This document shows, one piece after another, positions 34,546 through 43,349 of a stretch of DNA of 64,000 bases; within the stretch, counting starts at the first letter, position 1, and every line of letters begins with the position of its first letter. The DNA is taken from the IMG/VR virus record IMGVR_UViG_3300035180_001778, positions 62,001 through 126,000 of that record; one strand, 5' to 3'. The translations under genes and the position numbers were made by a program. The notes under the pieces are model-generated. The model was not told the origin of the DNA and did not search any database. It saw only the letters and a list, made by a program, of their open reading frames with translations.

Positions 34546-34935
34546 ATGAAAAGCATCGACACCGAGGTCATCGACGCGGAGTGGCCGGAGGTGCCTCCGC
34601 TGGCTTCTCCGACCCTGAAGGTCTCTCAGGCTGTCCTGGAAGAGCTGTGTGCTCCCCTGGTCAGGCTGGCCCGCGAGCGCAAGGAACGACGTGGGGCAAC
34701 CCCCTGCGCGGCCGAGATCCAAGCTCGGAGCTTCGTCATCTCAGTCCTCGAAGGACTCGGGGTCGAATCCGTGGTGGGCCCCGGCTGGAAGGTGACCTGC
34801 GTCCCGACCCGCTTCCGCCAGGTGGGGGATGAGCTGATTCCGATCGCGGATGCTGGCCTCCGGGTCACGATCGCAAAGGTTCGTGCTCGCTTCCAAGTCG
34901 AGCACGAACACGAGGTTTCTGCCATCATTCACTGA
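34546..34935 (+). CDS. Hypothetical protein (129 aa)
   Basis: GC3-rich plus-strand ORF. Confidence 0.7.
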   Translation: MKSIDTEVIDAEWPEVPPLASPTLKVSQAVLEELCAPLVRLARERKERRGATPCAAEIQARSFVISVLEGLGVESVVGPGWKVTCVPTRFRQVGDELIPIADAGLRVTIAKVRARFQVEHEHEVSAIIH

Positions 34936-34974
34936 AGGGGTTGATCCCTCCCCCTTTCATCTTGTAGGACCCCC

Positions 34975-35475
34975 ATGGCTACCAAGAAGAAGCTGCCGCC
35001 CAAAGCTGTCCGCGATGATCGCTACCTTGTCCTCACGCGAGGTCTGAGCGGGCTGACGGGCTACCCCGGCCCTCGTGAGGGGTACGGACCGATCACGGTA
35101 TCCATCCCCCACGACGACTTCGAGAGGGAGCTGGAGAACGTTGTCGACGACGTCGACAACCTCGACAACGACAACATCGTTCGGGCTGTTTTCGCTGCCC
35201 CCATGCTCGACACGCGGATCCCGAAGGACGAGGTCAAGGCCTGCCCCGACATCCCCGACTACATGGCAAGGGGCTTCGAGGGCGGGTATGCCGACTTGAT
35301 TGCGCTGAAGATCGCGCAGCCCGCCTGGAAGGGCCTCGATTTTGTAGGCGTCGAGATGTTCGTCGCCTACTGGAGGGCGAACGGGGCCAAGATCGGCCGG
35401 AAGGTGGACGGGCTTCGTCTGGGAGACGAAGCCCGTCGAGAAGATCGCCGAGCAGCTCTCGCTCTTCTAGGTTGA
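34975..35475 (+). CDS. Hypothetical protein; the +1 frame from 35411 ends at 35470 with QLSLF
   Basis: GC3-rich codons switch to the +1 frame at G3 run 35410-35412. Confidence 0.75.
   Translation: MATKKKLPPKAVRDDRYLVLTRGLSGLTGYPGPREGYGPITVSIPHDDFERELENVVDDVDNLDNDNIVRAVFAAPMLDTRIPKDEVKACPDIPDYMARGFEGGYADLIALKIAQPAWKGLDFVGVEMFVAYWRANGAKIGRKVDGLRLGDEARREDRRAALALLG
35407..35437. repeat. 14-bp perfect inverted repeat, 3-nt loop
   Basis: GACGGGCTTCGTCT-ggg-AGACGAAGCCCGTC. Confidence 0.9.
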
Positions 35476-35505
35476 TCGGCGGGGGGTCCGGTCTGTAGGA
35501 CCCCC

Positions 35506-35796
35506 ATGCTGAACATCACCAACGAAACGGGCTGGGTTCTAGTCGATGACAACTTCGTCCAGTTGACCGACAACGGTCAAGACGGCGAATTTCGAGTTCG
35601 GATTATCATGGGGGAAGGAGTGTGGGGCTCCAAGAGGAGCAGCACCTTCCGTGAAGACATGGTCCTCTTCTTCAAGGACACTGCGGAAAGTATGCTGGAA
35701 GGGTGGGATCCTGTGATTCACCCCCAGTGGGAGTTCCTCGGAAAGGGTGACCCCAAGCTCCTCGCGTTCGTCCGCGAGTGCATCATTGAGTCCTAG
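35506..35796 (+). CDS. Hypothetical protein (96 aa)
   Basis: Shares TGTAGGACCCCCATG with the 34975 gene. Confidence 0.75.
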   Translation: MLNITNETGWVLVDDNFVQLTDNGQDGEFRVRIIMGEGVWGSKRSSTFREDMVLFFKDTAESMLEGWDPVIHPQWEFLGKGDPKLLAFVRECIIES

Positions 35797-37172
35797 AGCA
35801 GGTTGCCGGGTCCGATGGCGGGCCCGATGATGCGAAGGAAGCCGGTGAAGAGGGTTCGCGCTGCGGACGCTTGACCGGCTTCTTGCATCAGAGCCACACC
35901 AAAGGCCGCCGTCTCGTAGACAGCGAAGCTGATCTCATCCGAGACCTGCCCTCCGAAGTCCTGCACGACATCGTCGGGAGGGTTCTTGGTGGCGATCGAC
36001 TTGAGGGTAGACTCGGCGAAAGAGGACGCCTCGCTGTAGTTCGCCTGGTCGAGAGCGTACGAAACAACCAGCGCAGCCACGCCGGGATCCTTGATCTGGC
36101 CGTAGAGCGTCTTCGCGAACGGAATCTGGTCCTTCACCATCTGGAGGAAGGTGTCCTTCGCCGTCGGGGTCTTCCCTTTCTCTTCAGGAGGCCCGGCCAT
36201 GTCGATCGAGGACTTGAGCGCGTCCCTCAAGATGACGTTGGCTCGCTGAGCCTTGGTCGGCTGCTTGGAGCGCTGGAGAAGCGAGATCCCAACGGCTGCC
36301 GCCTGAACCTTCCCCTTGTCCCCATGGTCAAGGTGGGGCGTGATTCGCCAGACGAGCTTGTTGATCGCAGCTCCGACATCGAGCCCCGCGGAGGAATCGA
36401 GGAGATTCCAGAGCTTGTCCGCAACGGCCTTCCCAGCCTTTTCCTCCATGAGGAAGTACAAGACCCCGCCGCAGATGCTCTTGATGTCCCCCTTCTTGAA
36501 GGTGTCGGCCGCTGCCATCTTCTTCGCGGCGAGGAGGATCTCTTTCACGAGGTTCTCCTTCGAGCCGAGCATGTCCGGGAGCCACACCCCTCTGTCATCG
36601 GCTGTGACAATTGAAGGGTCCATAAACCGAGCTGCAACGCGAAGAACGAGATCCGAGTACATGTCTACTCCGTTGGAGAATACAGAGCTGTTGTGCCACT
36701 TGTTGAAGGTGGTGATGAGGTCCACGGTGCCAGGTCCGATGGTGGCGAACACGATCTTGAGCCCCGTTTTCGGGTTCACCCATTCGATCTTGTCCCCTGA
36801 GCCGAGCGTCGAGAGCATCCGCTCGTAGGCAGGGCTCTTCAACGCTTTCCAGTTGTTGAGCTGTGTCACGAAGTGTTTGAGGACATCCTGGACATCCTGG
36901 ACAGACACCCCTCGGAGATCCATCCGGTATTGGGCGTGCGCTGTGATCTGGATCCGCTTGATCAGGCCGATCCCAGGCTCGATGTCCAGGTGATAGACCT
37001 TCGAGGCGTCAGCGTTCGAGAGGTCCTCCCCCTGCTGAACCTCGTCAACGAGGTCATGCTGAAGATGGGGGTTTTGCACCCTTTGAAGGATGCGCTGCAC
37101 GACTGACGAGGGCCCCCCGGGCTTCCCGAGAGGCGGATTCAAGTCCGCCTGATGTGAGCCCTCGTTACTCAT
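35793..37172 (-). CDS. Hypothetical virion-type protein(s); internal RVA-leader start at ATG 36662
   Basis: ADLNPPLG..HAQYRMDLRG module followed by GGAG-N5-ATG MYSDLVLRVAARF. Confidence 0.7.
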   Translation of the reverse strand: MSNEGSHQADLNPPLGKPGGPSSVVQRILQRVQNPHLQHDLVDEVQQGEDLSNADASKVYHLDIEPGIGLIKRIQITAHAQYRMDLRGVSVQDVQDVLKHFVTQLNNWKALKSPAYERMLSTLGSGDKIEWVNPKTGLKIVFATIGPGTVDLITTFNKWHNSSVFSNGVDMYSDLVLRVAARFMDPSIVTADDRGVWLPDMLGSKENLVKEILLAAKKMAAADTFKKGDIKSICGGVLYFLMEEKAGKAVADKLWNLLDSSAGLDVGAAINKLVWRITPHLDHGDKGKVQAAAVGISLLQRSKQPTKAQRANVILRDALKSSIDMAGPPEEKGKTPTAKDTFLQMVKDQIPFAKTLYGQIKDPGVAALVVSYALDQANYSEASSFAESTLKSIATKNPPDDVVQDFGGQVSDEISFAVYETAAFGVALMQEAGQASAARTLFTGFLRIIGPAIGPGNLL

Positions 37173-37347
37173 CAGGTGTCCGAAGTACGCTTGATGGCGT
37201 CTTCTCGTGCCTTGTCCATCTCCGCGAGGTCCGGAAGAGGGGTTGTCACAAGCTCAGGATGCTTTCCCTGAGCCACAGCGACCATCTTGCCTCCCAGCTC
37301 GAAGAGGTCATCAAGAAACTGGAGAAGAACGAGAACTTCCTGAGTGC

Positions 37348-37716
37348 TCATTGCATTTCCCCCGCGATCTGCTGGAGCTTGGCGAGAGTCTCACCCAACT
37401 CCCGACCTGCATCGTTGAGTTCTTGAATCGTCACCGTCCCGCTCTTCGCAGCGTTGAGAAGAGTGAGCATCTGGCCCCAAGCCGCCTTGGTGGACACATA
37501 GGCGGCTTCCGCCGGCAGACACAGCTTGTCGACATCCTTGACTTCCGTCGGAGTCGATGCCGCCTTGTACCGAGGAACACAGTAGTCGAGGATGACCTTG
37601 TGCTCGGTGGCGGCGATGTCTCGGGTTTCATTTGCTGCCAGAGTTGCGGCATCCTTCGCCGACAACTGGCAGCCCATGAGGCTGAGAGGGAGAACGAGGT
37701 AGAGGTACTTTTTCAT
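37348..37716 (-). CDS. Lipoprotein (possible spanin-like)
   Basis: MKKYLYLVLPLSLMG-C signal peptide with lipobox; helical C-terminus. Confidence 0.65.
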   Translation of the reverse strand: MKKYLYLVLPLSLMGCQLSAKDAATLAANETRDIAATEHKVILDYCVPRYKAASTPTEVKDVDKLCLPAEAAYVSTKAAWGQMLTLLNAAKSGTVTIQELNDAGRELGETLAKLQQIAGEMQ

Positions 37717-37721
37717 GGGTA

Positions 37722-38186
37722 TCAGTTGAGGTTGTCGGTCTTGCTGCTCAGGGTGGTGGTTGCGAGCTTTGCATCGAGGAGCTTCTCCCCAGAGGGGTCG
37801 GCCGGCGTGGGGGTCGGCTCCGGATCCTTGGCCAACTCCGCCAAGAGCTTCTTGATGGCGAGTGCTTTGAGGGTCGACTGGAAGCGCCCGTAGACCCATG
37901 CCGATCCGATCCCACAGAGGCCGCTGTAGGTGAGCCGAACCCAGATCCCGTAGGTCTCCACAGTCGCCGGCCACGGGAAGGACTTCCCGATGAGTGCGAA
38001 CAGGAGACCCGTCCCGATCGGCCCGAGGGGAAGACACACCTCCGTCCAGAGGAGCTTGGTCTTCACCTTCGGGAAGACCCCCTCAATCGACGTCCTCACG
38101 AAGTAGGTCGTGAGGTAGATGCCGAGACAGAGGAAGAGAGTGGGCCAGAAGTAGACGTCGAGAAGGTGGTCAACCTGTGTGCTCAT
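37722..38186 (-). CDS. Holin-like membrane protein (3 predicted TM helices)
   Basis: Three hydrophobic segments and a charged C-tail; next to the lipoprotein. Confidence 0.5.
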   Translation of the reverse strand: MSTQVDHLLDVYFWPTLFLCLGIYLTTYFVRTSIEGVFPKVKTKLLWTEVCLPLGPIGTGLLFALIGKSFPWPATVETYGIWVRLTYSGLCGIGSAWVYGRFQSTLKALAIKKLLAELAKDPEPTPTPADPSGEKLLDAKLATTTLSSKTDNLN

Positions 38187-38400
38187 GGGAATCGCCTCGA
38201 TTATCGAGAGGTATAAGGGGATCAAGATCCCCCCGTTCCCACTGGTCGATACGACGGATCTGATCTTGGAGGGCCTTCACCTGGTCCGAAGAAAGCAGCG
38301 GCGTCGAGAGGAGGGTCTGAATCCTCCTCCGAGCCTCTTCCGACGCCTTCTGTCGCTTCTCGGGCGGGATGTCGAGATACGAAAGGTGTTGGACCGCCAT
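38170..38400 (-). CDS. Hypothetical protein (76 aa)
   Basis: Starts 1 nt after the stop of the 1435-aa gene. Confidence 0.65.
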   Translation of the reverse strand: MAVQHLSYLDIPPEKRQKASEEARRRIQTLLSTPLLSSDQVKALQDQIRRIDQWERGDLDPLIPLDNRGDSHEHTG

Positions 38401-38401
38401 A

Positions 38402-41400
38402 TCAACCCTTCAGAGAAATCGTGAGCGGGATGGTCGACGGGTCGATCGTGTACCGACTGTTGTTCGAGACGAGGGGGTGACCCTCAATGCGGTAGAGGTC
38501 CGCCGCCGAGTACCCTTCCCCAGTCCCATTCGTTCCGATGACGACGAGCCCCGGGTGACTGTTCGTATCCGAGATGAGGATGGCCGTCGTGACCACCACC
38601 ATCATCAGCTCATCTCCCGCAGAGACTTCCGTCGAGCCCACCAGAGTCCCCGTGTTCCGCACGAGGAAGGCCCGTGCCGTGAGCACGTTCGTTCGGCCCG
38701 ACGGAGCGAGGACCGTGGGATGCACGACCGCCATCTCTCCCCCAGGGTGCGATCCCGAGGCACAGAAGAGGCTCCCACCCCGGTAGGTCCGGAAGTTCGT
38801 GAGGAGAGAGTAGTTACCCTGCTCCCCATCCACATGGACCCCCATATCACCCGCGGTCCCCGAGATGATGGAGGCAGACGAGACGTTGACCTCCGTCTGC
38901 TCCAGCTTCTTGGCGTTGCCCTGACTTGCCAGGAAGCCCACCCCACAGTCCTGGAGGTAGATGAAGGGCATGTCCACCGTGGAGTTGAAGGTTCCTCCTC
39001 GGAAGTCCTTGTCTCGGCACAGCGCCCCAAGGGGTAGACGCTCGGTGCAGCCGTGATACTCCGTCCCGATGTTCACCGTGTTGGACTCACTGCTGAATGC
39101 CGCCGGGAAAATGGTAGGACGGGCAGCAATCGACGAAACGGGAGGGAAGGTGGAAGTGTCCTCGTAGCTGACATTCCGCAGATCGATGACCTGTGAAATG
39201 GCGTCCCCCGAGAGACGCCCCGTACCCAGCGTCGTCGTGAAGCCGATCGAGGCGAGCACCTCGAAGACCTTCTGATTCGGCCGCGTCAAGTTCGCTGCGT
39301 CGAGAGACGTGGAGGCTACCTGGAAGGCAGACCCCGACGGAATGGGCCCCGGGGCGTACCCGATGTCCGTGTAGCTGGTCTGCGACCCCCAAGCATCGCC
39401 CTGGTAGACCGTCCTGGAGTAGTTGGCCACAATCTGGTCCGAGACCGTGGCGGGCCCCGGGAGAACACCAACAGGACCCGCCACAACGACCCCCACGTTG
39501 TTGGCCCGGGTGACCGTATCCGCCGCCTGACTCCGCATGAGACCCGCGCTCGTCGGCCGGGTCATCACCAACCGGAAGTCCTTCGTGATGTCGAAGGACC
39601 CACGGTCGAAGCCGAAGATGTTCGTCTCGATGACGTAGTTGCCAGAAGCGAAGGTGGCAATCGTGTTCGGCGACCGTGCGAGGTCGATCACCGCAGCGTT
39701 GAGGATGAACGTCGAGTCCCCATCAGCATCCAGCTCGACCCAGAAGGTCGGACCTGCGAAGTTCTGCCGAAGGAGGTTCGTTGCTCCGCTGCCCGTGAGA
39801 TTTCGCGTGGTTGCGTCGTACGCCGACCCGTTGAGCTTGTAGTCGTTCGCTTCATAGACCGCGAACAGCCGAGTGATCCCATAGAAGGGAGGCAGCTCCA
39901 GGCCTTCTCGACCAAGGCCGCGGGTGTCGGTGAAGAACCGCATCCCTGCGAAGGTCTTGCCGCCGAACGAGAAGGCCGCGTTGTAGGTCGCCGTCACCGC
40001 CGGGGGGTTGAAGTTCAACGTCGAGAAGGCCGCGTACGTCAACGGCCCGTTCGAGTAGGGGCAGTAGTTCTTGTCCGAATCCGCGAAGGGCGATCCACCC
40101 TTCCGGCTGATCAACATGAAGTCGACGCCTTCTGCGAAGACCCCGTTGTCCTGCCAGAGGACCGGCACGTAGTACGCGCCCCAACCGGGCACCATGTGCC
40201 GAGGAATCGTGACGTAGATGTTCTTCGTCGCAGCCGTCGACTCAGTTGTACCCGAGAAGAGCTGAAGCGGGTCCGTCGTAGTCCACTTCGCCGTGACGCC
40301 GTCCGGCTTGAGGAGAGGCATCAACCCCTGCGTATGGGCGACCTCGTAATCGAACGGGAACCCCGAAGCAAAAGCCCTGTTGAGGACAATCTTCGAGACA
40401 TCCGCTCCAGGGGCCACTGCCGTGACCACATAGTGTCCCTTGCGAACACCATGCGGCATGTACACGGAATCCCCGACGAGTACCCCCAAAGAGACGAAGT
40501 CTTGGAAGGCATCGGTGAGCGTAGTTCCACCCGTGCTCGAAGCCTGGCTGCCCACCCAGAACGCGACGTTGGGATTCGCGATCGTCCCATCCATCGTCCT
40601 GAACTCGTCAGGCCAATCGATGCGACGGAACGGAGTGAGAGCCACCGTCTTGCTCCCAAGGTCGGCATAGGCTTCCGCCGTCACCGGGAGAAGACCCTGA
40701 TAGGTCGCCCCACGGAACTTGCTCCAGAGCGCCAACCAAGAGGTTCGAAGCGTCTGGTTGGCCATCGGGACCGCCGAGGTCTGAAGGAGAAGCTCCGTGC
40801 TCGGGTTGATGAAGGCGAGCGAGTGTAGAGCATCCGGGCGACGAGCCAACCCGCGCCCCGGCCCATACTGAACGTGGGCCGTGATGTATATCTGATTTGT
40901 CGTTGAAGGGAAGCTCGATCCCAGCGTGATGATCAGGTTATCCGTCGGCGTGGGCGTGTTGGGGGTCACCGTGTAAAGGCTCGGGTCAACGGGATCCTGT
41001 GACCCATCGATCCGAAGAACCACAGCCTCATTTTGGAAGTCGGTGAGCCACCGAATCTGGTCCGCGTCGCTCCCAGAGAGACCCGCCTTGAGCTGGGACA
41101 CCGGAAGCGAGATGACGTCGTTCGCGCTGAACGTGTTCGAGACCGAACGAGTCGTGTGGTTCGCGTTCATGGTCAACGACCACGCGACGTTCACAGCCGC
41201 CGGCAAGGAAGCCGAGTTCGCCTTCACCACGAATTCGACGGCTTGAGTGACAGCGGCATCCGAGAAGACCGTTCGGATGTTGTCCGGCCCGTCGAGCTTG
41301 GTGACCCCGAGAGCCGAAGACCCGTTGACGATCTTGTCCTGGTAGAAAACGAAGGGGCCTTGCGGACCCGCTCCCGAACGCTTCCAGTTCGCCCTCATCT

Positions 41401-42709
41401 GCCCCCGGAGCATCTTGTCCAGGTTCGTCCTGAGAAGGACGTCGTAGTTGAACCCGTTGGGATTCACGACATGACGGAGATCCAGGATGTCCGTCGCCGC
41501 GATCTGATCCGAGAAGAGCCCGTCAGGTCGTCCCGAAAGAATGGTGACGACGGTCCCGGCCTTGTGGGTCTCCGCCCGCGAACCATTCACACCCCGAGTC
41601 AGGCCTCCCAGAATCGGGGGTGATCCCGAGACAGAAGAGTAGGTGAGAATCTCGTCGCCGATCTGAATGAGAACAGGGAGCGTCGGGGCGAGAGGAAGAG
41701 GGATGTTCGAGGAAGACACGAGCTGGATCGAGACGGCCGAAGCCGAGAGGTCCAACGCCAGCGTGGCCGTCGTCGAGAAGGTCCGAATCCCCGTCCGATC
41801 AACCGCCGTCGTGTTGCGGTTGAAGGCTCCGTTGAGGTTCTGAGACGGGTCCCCGTTCCAGGCGACCGAGTTGCGACGGAAGATCGACGCGATGGGGATC
41901 GCGTACACATAGCCGTCGATCGTCCCGAGAGCATTGGAGGGCACCCCATCCCCAGCTCGCCACAGGCCCGCGTCTCCGAGAGTCTTCCGCATGTTCGAGA
42001 AGACATAGCTCGAAGGCGTCGTCGCCCCACCCTGAGCCTTCACGACCACAGGATCGAATCCCGACGGGTAGCTCGTGAGCCCCACGAGCCCCTTGACCAC
42101 CCGAATCCGGTACTGAAGCTGGACACGCTGCGTGATCTCGAACCCGAGAGCCGGGTCGATGAGATCGTCCGTGAGGAAGGTGAAGCCCCCTTCCACGTTG
42201 CCATAGCGGTAGACCGAGTTCGCAGCGGGCTTGTTGAGCGTCGAGGGGTTGGGCGGGATTCGTGCCTGCCACACTTCCAGGAAGACGTAGTCGATCCTGA
42301 AGTCACCCGAGTTCGAGGGAGGCGGATCCAGAGCGATGACATTCCAGGTGTCGACGTCATCCGGATTCCCTGGCGGAGTCCCCGTCTTCGTGCCCATGAC
42401 CGGCACAAGCCAGCCGTTGACGGCCGCCCACTCGATGGCCGCTTTCTCCCCCGTCCTCTGCCGACCGAACTGAAACCAGTTCGACCAGATCGGGCTGGTC
42501 ACGTAGTCTTCCGTCGCGTTGGTCTCATTGCTGAGCCACCCGCTCGGCGTGCCACGCATGACGATCTGCCGGCAGAAGTTCTGAGAAAGCTCCTGGAGGA
42601 GGTTCAGATCGGCATCCATCGGGGGCTTCCCCTGTTGCCAGATCACCTCTGTGTAGGAAGTTCCAGTGGGGTCCAGAACCCGAGAGACGCCGCTGCCAAG
42701 GTTTGTCAT
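38402..42709 (-). CDS. Large virion structural protein (1435 aa), paralog of 45481-48066
   Basis: QQGKPPMDADLN; RVQLQYRIRV; GTIDGYVYAIP; RPDGLF; beta-rich composition. Confidence 0.75.
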   Translation of the reverse strand: MTNLGSGVSRVLDPTGTSYTEVIWQQGKPPMDADLNLLQELSQNFCRQIVMRGTPSGWLSNETNATEDYVTSPIWSNWFQFGRQRTGEKAAIEWAAVNGWLVPVMGTKTGTPPGNPDDVDTWNVIALDPPPSNSGDFRIDYVFLEVWQARIPPNPSTLNKPAANSVYRYGNVEGGFTFLTDDLIDPALGFEITQRVQLQYRIRVVKGLVGLTSYPSGFDPVVVKAQGGATTPSSYVFSNMRKTLGDAGLWRAGDGVPSNALGTIDGYVYAIPIASIFRRNSVAWNGDPSQNLNGAFNRNTTAVDRTGIRTFSTTATLALDLSASAVSIQLVSSSNIPLPLAPTLPVLIQIGDEILTYSSVSGSPPILGGLTRGVNGSRAETHKAGTVVTILSGRPDGLFSDQIAATDILDLRHVVNPNGFNYDVLLRTNLDKMLRGQMRANWKRSGAGPQGPFVFYQDKIVNGSSALGVTKLDGPDNIRTVFSDAAVTQAVEFVVKANSASLPAAVNVAWSLTMNANHTTRSVSNTFSANDVISLPVSQLKAGLSGSDADQIRWLTDFQNEAVVLRIDGSQDPVDPSLYTVTPNTPTPTDNLIITLGSSFPSTTNQIYITAHVQYGPGRGLARRPDALHSLAFINPSTELLLQTSAVPMANQTLRTSWLALWSKFRGATYQGLLPVTAEAYADLGSKTVALTPFRRIDWPDEFRTMDGTIANPNVAFWVGSQASSTGGTTLTDAFQDFVSLGVLVGDSVYMPHGVRKGHYVVTAVAPGADVSKIVLNRAFASGFPFDYEVAHTQGLMPLLKPDGVTAKWTTTDPLQLFSGTTESTAATKNIYVTIPRHMVPGWGAYYVPVLWQDNGVFAEGVDFMLISRKGGSPFADSDKNYCPYSNGPLTYAAFSTLNFNPPAVTATYNAAFSFGGKTFAGMRFFTDTRGLGREGLELPPFYGITRLFAVYEANDYKLNGSAYDATTRNLTGSGATNLLRQNFAGPTFWVELDADGDSTFILNAAVIDLARSPNTIATFASGNYVIETNIFGFDRGSFDITKDFRLVMTRPTSAGLMRSQAADTVTRANNVGVVVAGPVGVLPGPATVSDQIVANYSRTVYQGDAWGSQTSYTDIGYAPGPIPSGSAFQVASTSLDAANLTRPNQKVFEVLASIGFTTTLGTGRLSGDAISQVIDLRNVSYEDTSTFPPVSSIAARPTIFPAAFSSESNTVNIGTEYHGCTERLPLGALCRDKDFRGGTFNSTVDMPFIYLQDCGVGFLASQGNAKKLEQTEVNVSSASIISGTAGDMGVHVDGEQGNYSLLTNFRTYRGGSLFCASGSHPGGEMAVVHPTVLAPSGRTNVLTARAFLVRNTGTLVGSTEVSAGDELMMVVVTTAILISDTNSHPGLVVIGTNGTGEGYSAADLYRIEGHPLVSNNSRYTIDPSTIPLTISLKG

Positions 42710-42731
42710 GTGGATCTATTGGGGGATCGAA

Positions 42732-43349
42732 TCAGTACACTAGCGACCAAGAGCCCAGATTGAGCCTTGAGCTATAGCCGTAGATTTGGATCACGAGGGT
42801 CGACCCCTGAGACACGGGGGGGATTTGGAAGGGGATGCCGGAGAACACACTTGTATAGGAGGCACCCCCATCGAAGCTCAGAAGAGCCGAGAAGAGAGCC
42901 GGGTTACCCTCCCCATACGACAACACGAGATTCTCGGAGGCGAAGTCAAGAAGGTTGTACCCAAAAAGCTCCCACGAGAAAATTGCTTCGGTCGGTTGAC
43001 TATTCAAAGTCACGGGGACGGTCCGGAAAATCGACGAGTTGTCACGAAGAGACACCGCTCCCCGTTTCCCGACATAAATCCCCCTCGAATTCAGGAGGTC
43101 AATCCCGGAAGTGTCGAAGAGGTCATCGTAAGCGATGTTTTGATACCCCGGGTACTGAGCCAGTTGACCTGCGTGCTTTTGGCTCAGCACATCAGAGGCG
43201 TACACAGCGTACGTGATAGGAATCGAATCCGGGACTCGGATCACCATCGAGCCGGTCGACACAACCGGGCCCGAGATCACGGTACGGACGTCCCGTACCA
43301 GACCGAACGAAGTAGAACCGAAGTAGTCGATGAAGTAGAGGGTGCTCAT
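42732..43349 (-). CDS. Putative virion structural protein (205 aa)
   Basis: ATGA overlap; lies in the tail module. Confidence 0.65.
   Translation of the reverse strand: MSTLYFIDYFGSTSFGLVRDVRTVISGPVVSTGSMVIRVPDSIPITYAVYASDVLSQKHAGQLAQYPGYQNIAYDDLFDTSGIDLLNSRGIYVGKRGAVSLRDNSSIFRTVPVTLNSQPTEAIFSWELFGYNLLDFASENLVLSYGEGNPALFSALLSFDGGASYTSVFSGIPFQIPPVSQGSTLVIQIYGYSSRLNLGSWSLVY

Noticed and set aside
37259-37426. Short plus-strand ORF MLSLSHSDHL..
   Set aside because: Only the first 30 or so codons look coding and it overlaps the lipoprotein end; evidence is insufficient.
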